Below the pieces are notes generated by a model. That model did not search any database and was not told where the DNA came from. It saw nothing but the letters and a program-made list of their open reading frames with translations. Shown here in pieces: positions 26,104-32,180 of a stretch of DNA of 32,180 nt. Source of the stretch: a virus (taxonomy: Duplodnaviria; Caudoviricetes); the IMG/VR virus record IMGVR_UViG_3300048578_000007, positions 1 through 32,180 of that record; one strand, 5' to 3'. The translations under genes were made by a program, and so were the position numbers. The first letter of the stretch is position 1, and each line of letters begins with the position of its first letter.

Positions 26104-27099
26104 ATGGCGCTGCCCGTCTCCTTCGGCACCATCACCGTCACCGGGAAGTACGTGGACTTCACGGGCATCCCCGCGGTGGGCACGGTGACGTTCTCACCGC
26201 CGTCGAACATCTTCCTCAAGGTCACCGACGTGGACATCATGGTCACGCCCAAGGCCATCGAGGTGACGCTCGACGTCGAGGGCGCGTTCTCCGTGACCTT
26301 GCCCCTGTCCGACGACCCGCAGGTGACCCCGTCGTTCACGTACTCGGTCACCGAGTCGGTCACGGGGCTGCGGCGTGCGTACAACGTGGAGATCCCGTCG
26401 TCGCTGCTGCCCGGCCCGGTGGACCTGTCCGACCTGGCGCCCACGGGCGCGTCGGTCACCGGCACCACGGCGCTCACGCGGCTCGTCGCGGACACGCTGT
26501 ACGCGCCGATCGGGGACGCGGGCGCCGTGGACTCGGTCAACGGGCAGACGGGCGTGGTGGTCCTGACCGCAGCGAGCGTAGGCGCAGCGGCCACCAGTCA
26601 CGGGCACGCGACCGCCGACGTCACCGGACTCGACACGGCCCTCGCGGGCAAGGCGCCGACCAGCCACACGCACACCACGGCCAACGTCACCGGCCTGGAC
26701 GCGGCGCTCGCCGGGAAGGCTGCGGCGTCCCACGCGCACGCCACGTCCGACGTGACGGGGCTGGACACGGCACTTGCAGGCAAGGCCGCGTCGTCGCACA
26801 CGCACACCACCGCGCAGGTCACTGGACTCGACACGGCGCTGGCGGGCAAGGCGTCCACCGCGGCCGCATCGGAGACCGCTGCGGGCATCGTCGAGCTCGC
26901 CACCCCTGCCGAGTCGCGCACCGGCACCGACCCCGCGAAGGCCGTGACCCCGGCCGGCATGGCGGGCTTCGCGATGAAGTACGTGGCCCTGTCCGGCGTG
27001 ACCCTCTCCGGCCGGTTCGTCGTGGCCCCCGACGGCGCGACCTACACGGGCGGCTCCGACAAGATCACGGGCGACATCGTCGCCACCCTGGCGCCATGA
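26104..27099 (+). CDS. Accessory fibre protein with His-x-His phage tail repeats
   Basis: Ig-like anchor N-terminus, VDSVNGQTGVVVL motif, four 22-aa SHxH..VTGLDxALAGKA repeats, ETAAGIVELAT...KAVTP tail-fibre repeat. Confidence 0.8.
   Translation: MALPVSFGTITVTGKYVDFTGIPAVGTVTFSPPSNIFLKVTDVDIMVTPKAIEVTLDVEGAFSVTLPLSDDPQVTPSFTYSVTESVTGLRRAYNVEIPSSLLPGPVDLSDLAPTGASVTGTTALTRLVADTLYAPIGDAGAVDSVNGQTGVVVLTAASVGAAATSHGHATADVTGLDTALAGKAPTSHTHTTANVTGLDAALAGKAAASHAHATSDVTGLDTALAGKAASSHTHTTAQVTGLDTALAGKASTAAASETAAGIVELATPAESRTGTDPAKAVTPAGMAGFAMKYVALSGVTLSGRFVVAPDGATYTGGSDKITGDIVATLAP
26596..26859 (+). repeat. Four degenerate 66-bp coding repeats
   Basis: Repeat starts at 26596, 26662, 26728 and 26794. 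Confidence 0.9.
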
Positions 27100-28073
27100 G
27101 CCCGGTCCGGTACGCACACCCGGACGGGGCGCTGCGGACGATCCGCACGGGCTCCGTGGGCGCCTCATGGGGCGCTGGTGGCGCACGCTTCAACCCCGGC
27201 GACACGCCAGCGCCGTACGTCAACATCGGCCCCACGACGCCGGTAGGCAGCCTGACGCCCTACGCCGGCGACTACACGGTGACCGCGTCCGGCACGGAGG
27301 CGAGCCCGCTCGTCATCAACCTGGGCCTCGACATCTCCGGGTACGTGTCGTTCGGGAACCACTCATGGGTCACCCTGCGCAACTTCGTCGCACGTGGCGG
27401 CACCGACCTCAACTTCGGCACCGGGAACCGGTGGCCCATTGTCCGGTCGTGGGGTACCGGGGTCGGGCGCGTGATCGAGGACTTCGAGCTCACCGCATCC
27501 AACCCGACGTACAACGTGTACGGGCTCCACGGCTACGACATCACCGCGCGGCGCGGGTGGATCCATCACGTCGTGGACGGGGCGGTGCTCTACAACCGCA
27601 ACGCCCACCTCGAGGCCGTGCTGCTCGAGGACTCGATCTTCTACAACACCGACCCCGGGCAGGCGGACAACAAGACCCACAACGACCTCGTCCAGATCCA
27701 GGGCGGGACGAACATCACCCTCACGGACGTCATCCTCGACTCCGGTATCGGACCGGACGTCACGCGGACCGATGGGATGCACGGCGCCAACTTCGGCGTG
27801 CTCGCGACGCAGGACGCCTACCCGATGAACGGGCTCACCATGACGCGCGTCGTCTGCAAGGGCAACCCCGCGTCGCACGTCCAGATGGGCGACTCGAGCC
27901 TGGGCGCGATGGCCGGCGTGGCCTTCAACACCATGACCTTCACCGACTCGCGCAACGCCAACCTGCGCATGTCGCCCGAGACCAAGGCGGCCGCGACCTT
28001 CACGGGGCTGCTCACCTCCACCGGGTCGGCACTGCCGACCTCCGAGATCGAGGGAGCGGTGGGCCAGCGATGA
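27096..28073 (+). CDS. Right-handed beta-helix (pectate-lyase-like) protein, putative depolymerase
   Basis: ITARRGWIHHVVDG, THNDLVQIQGGTNITLTDVIL; repeated short Asn/Gly/Thr beta rungs; no signal peptide. Confidence 0.72.
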   Translation: MSPVRYAHPDGALRTIRTGSVGASWGAGGARFNPGDTPAPYVNIGPTTPVGSLTPYAGDYTVTASGTEASPLVINLGLDISGYVSFGNHSWVTLRNFVARGGTDLNFGTGNRWPIVRSWGTGVGRVIEDFELTASNPTYNVYGLHGYDITARRGWIHHVVDGAVLYNRNAHLEAVLLEDSIFYNTDPGQADNKTHNDLVQIQGGTNITLTDVILDSGIGPDVTRTDGMHGANFGVLATQDAYPMNGLTMTRVVCKGNPASHVQMGDSSLGAMAGVAFNTMTFTDSRNANLRMSPETKAAATFTGLLTSTGSALPTSEIEGAVGQR

Positions 28074-28804
28074 CCGATCACGCAGTCACCTTCACCGGCC
28101 GCACCCCGGACACCACGGTCGACGCCGCGGACTTCCTCAACCTCAACAGCCCGCAGTACAGGTCCGACGGGTCCGACATCGTCCTGGAGACCACCCACGC
28201 GACCACCACGTCCGTCGCGTACAAGAGCGGCTTCAACAACGCGCTCATCTCCCTGGTGGCCGTGTTCCGCATCGTCGCCGTCGGGTCGACCGCGAACGAG
28301 GCCGTCGTGGCGCGACACTCGTCCGCCAAGGCCGGCTCGGTCCTGTTCAACACCACGCGCACCATCTCGCCCCGCTCAGGCAACGACGGCGCGCTGGCGT
28401 TCACCTCCACGGCCGTCCCGCTCAACACGTGGTGCGTGCTGCGGGCCGCATGGGACAAGGGCACCACGACGACGAACGGGCGCGTGTGGGGCCGGGTCAT
28501 GTCGCTCGACGAGACGACCACCAACTACGGCTCCGGGCTGCTGACCAACGTCAACAACCTCCAGCTCAACTACGCGCAGATGAACCTCGGCAAGAACACG
28601 TCCGCGTCCGGTGCCTGGAACATCCAGTGGACCGCCGTGCGCATCACCGATGGCGTGTTCGCCGACGGGACCAGCAACGCGCTGCTGACGATCCCGACCG
28701 ACCCGGCCACCCAGCAGTTCCGCTACTGGAACGGCACCACCCTCCAGGACGTGTACCTGTCCCTCTGGAACGGCACGACCCTCCAGCCGCTCGGCACCAT
28801 CTAG
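28070..28804 (+). CDS. Concanavalin-A/LamG-like beta-sandwich protein
   Basis: TSTAVPLNTWCVLRAAW...GRVWGRV, WTAVRITD; C-terminal YWNGTTLQ duplication. Confidence 0.62.
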   Translation: MTDHAVTFTGRTPDTTVDAADFLNLNSPQYRSDGSDIVLETTHATTTSVAYKSGFNNALISLVAVFRIVAVGSTANEAVVARHSSAKAGSVLFNTTRTISPRSGNDGALAFTSTAVPLNTWCVLRAAWDKGTTTTNGRVWGRVMSLDETTTNYGSGLLTNVNNLQLNYAQMNLGKNTSASGAWNIQWTAVRITDGVFADGTSNALLTIPTDPATQQFRYWNGTTLQDVYLSLWNGTTLQPLGTI

Positions 28805-28825
28805 TCCTGACGAAGGGGACCACCC

Positions 28826-30154
28826 TTGACCCTCGCCGGAACCTCCTGGCCCCGGAACCTGACCACCGGCTCCACGTCCGTCCAGGTCTCACCGGCAGGC
28901 GGACACAACGCCTTCCCCGGCGTGACCGTGTGCGCCGACGGGTCGCTGCTCGCCGTGTGGCGCAAGGCCGCCGCGCACGGGTGGGCGCCCGGATCGCAGA
29001 CCCTCGCCGCCCGCTCGATCGACCAGGGCCGCACATGGTCCGCGCCGTGGGTCATCTACTGCCAGCCCGACCAGGACACCGGCTTCGGGATGCTCACCAC
29101 CCTGAGCGACGGGCGCATCGCGTGCATCGGCCAGGTGCGCTCGAGCGGGCCAGCGACAGCCGGCGCGTGGTGCGGGGTCATGTTCTCCTCCGACCAGGGC
29201 GAGACGTTCGGCCCCGTCATCCCCGTCCCGTTCACGTTCACCTCATGGGCCTACGCCGCGGGCAACCTCACCGAGCTCGACGACGGCACACTCCTCGCCC
29301 TCGGGTACGGGCAGGACACCGGGGCCACCATCACCACCACCCGGCTGATGCGCTCCACCGACGGCGGCTACTCCTGGCACACGGAGACGACCGTCATGGA
29401 CGACGGCGCCCGACCGTTCAACGAAGGCATCATCGACCGCTGCCCCGACGGCCGGCTCATGGCCCTGGTCCGCTGCGAGGAGACCGGCTTCCGGCGCATC
29501 TTCCGCACCTACTCCACCGACGACGGCCTGACGTGGTCGACCCGGCAGCCGATCGTCACCGGGTGGGGTCGGCCCGCGTGGCTGCCACTGTCCACGGGCG
29601 CGGTCGTCATGACGTACCGGCGCGAGGGCGACCGATCCCACATGTACCGCACGTCCTGGGACAACGGGGCGACGTGGGTCACCGCGCAGACCCTCGCTGG
29701 GGTCACGCCGTCACAGTCGGTGTACACCCAGCTCGTCGAGGTCGAGCCGGGCGTGGTGGGTGTCATCTACGCCGACGAGGCCAACAGCGGGGCAACAGCG
29801 GACGTGCGCTTCAAGTACCTCCTCGACGGCCACGGGTTCTCCCCGTTCGGTGACCTCGCACCCGACACCGGGTACATCACCACGGGGCTCGTCCCCGCGC
29901 CCGGCTGGTCCCTGGCGCCGGTCTCCGGCTACGAGGGGCTCGCGTACCGGATCAACGCCGGGGGCATCACCGTGTCCGGGATCGCCACCAAGGCCGCGTA
30001 CGGACCCAACGAGGCCATCGCCACCCTGCCCCGCGACCTCGCGCCCGACCGCGTCATCTGGCAGGGCGACCACCGCGTCACGCAGGACGGCGCCGTGCGC
30101 GTCGTGAACGCCGGGACGACGAACACCGTGGTGCACCTGACCTGGCCGCTCTGA
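28826..30154 (+). CDS. Sialidase-like Asp-box (BNR) beta-propeller fused to an RBP-head-like domain
   Basis: GAAGGGGA RBS, TTG start; Asp boxes SIDQGRTW, SSDQGETF, STDGGYSW, STDDGLTW, SWDNGATW; C-terminal YRINAGGITVSG...IATLPRDLAP. Confidence 0.85.
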   Translation: MTLAGTSWPRNLTTGSTSVQVSPAGGHNAFPGVTVCADGSLLAVWRKAAAHGWAPGSQTLAARSIDQGRTWSAPWVIYCQPDQDTGFGMLTTLSDGRIACIGQVRSSGPATAGAWCGVMFSSDQGETFGPVIPVPFTFTSWAYAAGNLTELDDGTLLALGYGQDTGATITTTRLMRSTDGGYSWHTETTVMDDGARPFNEGIIDRCPDGRLMALVRCEETGFRRIFRTYSTDDGLTWSTRQPIVTGWGRPAWLPLSTGAVVMTYRREGDRSHMYRTSWDNGATWVTAQTLAGVTPSQSVYTQLVEVEPGVVGVIYADEANSGATADVRFKYLLDGHGFSPFGDLAPDTGYITTGLVPAPGWSLAPVSGYEGLAYRINAGGITVSGIATKAAYGPNEAIATLPRDLAPDRVIWQGDHRVTQDGAVRVVNAGTTNTVVHLTWPL

Positions 30155-30213
30155 CACCGCACGGCAACATCTGTGACGGGATCACTGAAACGACCCTCTG
30201 ATCACCTCGGCAT

Positions 30214-30262
30214 GACGAAGGCCCCGCCCCAGCGTTCGCGCTGGTGGCGGGGCCTTTTCGTC
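30214..30262. terminator. Intrinsic terminator (likely bidirectional) between last phage gene and tRNA
   Basis: AAGGCCCCGCC...CAGCG-TTCG-CGCTG...GGCGGGGCCTTTT hairpin. Confidence 0.82.
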
Positions 30263-30265
30263 GTG

Positions 30266-30338
30266 AGCCGCCTATCAGAATCGAACTGATGACCTTCTCA
30301 TTACGAGTGAGACGCTCTACCGACTGAGCTAAGGCGGC
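30266..30338 (-). tRNA. tRNA-Thr (anticodon CGT), probable prophage integration site
   Basis: GCCGCCT/AGGCGGC acceptor stem, TAGCTCAGTCGGTAGAGC D-arm, TCTCA-CTCGTAA-TGAGA anticodon arm, GTTCGATTC T-loop; CCA not encoded. Confidence 0.97.
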
Positions 30339-30374
30339 GTGCTGGTCGGCCTCTCGGCGTGACGAGCGGGGCCT

Positions 30375-30403
30375 ACTGTACCGACCGTCCGCCGAGGCTC
30401 CAA
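30375..30403 (-). promoter_or_regulatory. Putative sigma-A promoter of tRNA-Thr
   Basis: Minus strand TTGGAG-N17-TACAGT, 36 nt upstream of tRNA 5' end. Confidence 0.5.
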
Positions 30404-30455
30404 AGCGAGAGCCCGCGGACCACTCCCACGCCCTCGGCCGACGCTGCGCATCAGG

Positions 30456-32033
30456 TCAGCAGACGAGGCCTTCCTCGGGCAGCGTGCCCTCCAGCAGGTA
30501 CGTGTCCACGGCACCCTCGAGGCACTCGTTGGAGCGGCCGTAGGCGGTGTGGCCCTCGCCCTCCCAGGTCAGCAGCCGGCCGGACTCGAGCTGGTCGGCC
30601 AGCGCCACGCTCCACTCGTACGGGGTGGCCGGGTCCCCCGTGGTCCCCACGACGAGGATGGGTGCAGCACCCGCGGCGGTGAGGGGGCCCCGCACGGCGG
30701 TCGACTGGAACGGCCAGGTCTCGCAGCCGACGGCCATGGCGAACTCGGAGCCGAACGTCGGCGCCTTCGAGCGGACCTCGTCGGCGAACGCGACCATCTC
30801 GTCGTACTGCCGGACCTCCGTCGGGTAGTCCAGGCAGTTGATCGCACTGAACGCCACCATCGAGTTCGACGTGTACTGGCCGTCCTCGGTGCGGTCGAGG
30901 TAGAAGTTCGCGAGGAACAGCAGGATCTCGCCGGTGTTGTCCCGGATGGCCTCGCCGAGCGCCTCGGTGAGGTAGGGCCAGGACCCGTCGTCGTACAGGG
31001 CGACGATGATGCCGTAGAAGGCCAGGGTGCCGTTGACCAGGGCGCCGGTCGGCGTCTCGATCGGCTTGGCCTCGATCCGGGCGACGAGGTCCGCGATCTG
31101 CTGCACCCCGGCGTCCACCCCGCCGGTGAGCGGGCAGTCGGCGCCGGCCTGGCAGTCGGCGACGTACGCGCGCAGGGCGTTCTCGAACCCGACGGCCTGC
31201 CCGACGACGAGGTCGTCCTGGCTCATCGACGGGTCGAGGGCGCCGTCCAGCAGCAGGCGTCCGACCTTGTCCGGGTAGAGCTCGGCGTACGTGGCGCCGA
31301 GGAAGGTGCCGTAGGAGAAGCCGGCGTAGTAGAGCTGCTCGTCGCCGAGGACCGCACGCAGCAGGTCCATGTCCCGCGCCGCGCTGATGGTGTCGACCTC
31401 GCCGAGCAGCGGACCGGTGGCCTCGAGGCATCCCTGGCCGAACTCCTGGACCCGCTGGCGCGCCGCGTCGACGTCCGCCTGGCTCTCGAGGGGCACGTCC
31501 TGCGTCAGGTACGCGTCGACCACCTCGTCCGGGCCGCAGTCGATCGCCGACGAGCCTCCGACGCCCCGCGGGTCGAAGCCGACGACGTCGTAGGCGTCGA
31601 GCACCGGCGGGTTGATCACGTCGGCGACGGCGTAGTCGACGAACTCCGCGCCCGAGACGCCCGGCCCGCCGGGGTTGATGAGGAGCGACCCGATGCGCTG
31701 GTCGGCCGAGCCGGTGGCGGGTGAGCGCTTCACGGCGAGCTCGATGGACCCGGCCTCGGGGTCGTCCCAGTCCAGGGGTGCGAGGACCGAGGCGCACTCG
31801 TACGCGTCGCACGCCTCCCAGGCGATCTCCTGGGCGTAGAACGCGTCGAGGTCCATGCCCGCCGCGGCCTCGGCGGACGGGGCGTCGTCCTTCGGCGGCT
31901 TGGTCTGCTCCTTCGGTGCGACGCAGCCCGCGACGACGAGCGCCACGATGCCCGCGAGGGCGGCGAGGCGGGCGGCGGGCACCACGCGCCCCGAACGAGA
32001 GGGGCGGGCGGCGGGGGCGGGGGCGGACGGCAC
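30456..32033 (-). CDS. Host alpha/beta-hydrolase lipoprotein (TAP-like tripeptidyl peptidase family)
   Basis: Lipobox VAGC, NPGGPG, GFDPRGVG, GFSYG nucleophile, GDPATP, GEGHTAY; start uncertain (32033 GTG or 32054 TTG). Confidence 0.92.
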   Translation of the reverse strand: MPSAPAPAARPSRSGRVVPAARLAALAGIVALVVAGCVAPKEQTKPPKDDAPSAEAAAGMDLDAFYAQEIAWEACDAYECASVLAPLDWDDPEAGSIELAVKRSPATGSADQRIGSLLINPGGPGVSGAEFVDYAVADVINPPVLDAYDVVGFDPRGVGGSSAIDCGPDEVVDAYLTQDVPLESQADVDAARQRVQEFGQGCLEATGPLLGEVDTISAARDMDLLRAVLGDEQLYYAGFSYGTFLGATYAELYPDKVGRLLLDGALDPSMSQDDLVVGQAVGFENALRAYVADCQAGADCPLTGGVDAGVQQIADLVARIEAKPIETPTGALVNGTLAFYGIIVALYDDGSWPYLTEALGEAIRDNTGEILLFLANFYLDRTEDGQYTSNSMVAFSAINCLDYPTEVRQYDEMVAFADEVRSKAPTFGSEFAMAVGCETWPFQSTAVRGPLTAAGAAPILVVGTTGDPATPYEWSVALADQLESGRLLTWEGEGHTAYGRSNECLEGAVDTYLLEGTLPEEGLVC

Positions 32034-32148
32034 GGGGCAACGGTAACGAATCAACCTGACCGCCAGAGCCGCGGTCCGCCTCAGCTCCGTGCGCGGTCCG
32101 CGGTGACCCTGCGACGGCCGTCGGCACCCGAGGCCCGCCCGATGGCGC

Positions 32149-32180
32149 TCAGCCCTGCGGCCGGAGCGCCACCGCCATGG
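32149..32180 (-). CDS. holB: 3' end of probable DNA polymerase III delta-prime subunit
   Basis: Minus strand reads ...MAVALRPQG-stop, resembling actinobacterial HolB C-termini; holB - hydrolase - tRNA-Thr synteny is typical of Actinobacteria; only about 10 codons visible. Confidence 0.5.
   Translation of the reverse strand, partial: MAVALRPQG

Larger units (their letters stand above)
1..30300 (+). mobile_element. Siphovirus-type prophage (left part outside window), ending at tRNA-Thr att site
   Basis: Co-oriented replication, packaging, head, tail and lysis modules in canonical order; phage genes stop at a tRNA 3' end and host housekeeping genes follow. Confidence 0.95.

Noticed and set aside
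26596-26859. Regularly spaced repeats as a CRISPR array
   Set aside because: Degenerate at third codon positions, in frame within a fibre gene, no unique spacers or cas genes
23098-30154. Diversity-generating retroelement or invertible shufflon acting on receptor genes
   Set aside because: No reverse transcriptase or invertase in the window, no adenine-variant TR/VR pair noticed, and all receptor genes are co-oriented without flanking inverted repeats
30172-30186. CRP-family site TGTGA...TCAC
   Set aside because: Spacer is 5 bp rather than the required 6
30451-32127. 558-aa alternative minus-strand ORF overlapping the hydrolase
   Set aside because: Arg/Gly-rich off-frame translation; the other frame carries all hydrolase motifs

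Overview
This high-GC actinobacterial window (Cellulomonadaceae-like host is an inference from gene style and context) holds about 30.3 kb of a siphovirus-type prophage, almost all on the + strand. The phage runs in order through: an early/replication region (conserved phage protein, C5 DNA methyltransferase, DUF4326, RusA-like resolvase, replication initiator with an internal origin-like palindrome cluster, HNH endonucleases, many small translationally coupled ORFs); packaging (HNH, TerS, TerL); head and neck genes; tail genes (major tail protein, -1 frameshifted chaperones, a short tape measure, a Dit with a carbohydrate-binding insert); and lysis (M23 endolysin, r1t-type holin, membrane proteins). 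A four-gene glycan-binding/fibre cassette follows lysis (His-repeat fibre, beta-helix, lectin-like, Asp-box propeller with an RBP-like head). The prophage ends at an intact minus-strand tRNA-Thr(CGT), the probable integration site. Beyond it lie a host TAP-like alpha/beta-hydrolase lipoprotein and the 3' end of probable holB. The most notable features are the post-lysis modular receptor-binding cassette, an antisense secreted Pro-rich moron with a leaderless promoter and operator-like repeats, a pseudoknot-like element before the tail chaperone, and a candidate structured RNA ahead of the packaging genes. All calls come from motif recognition and synteny; no database searches were run.
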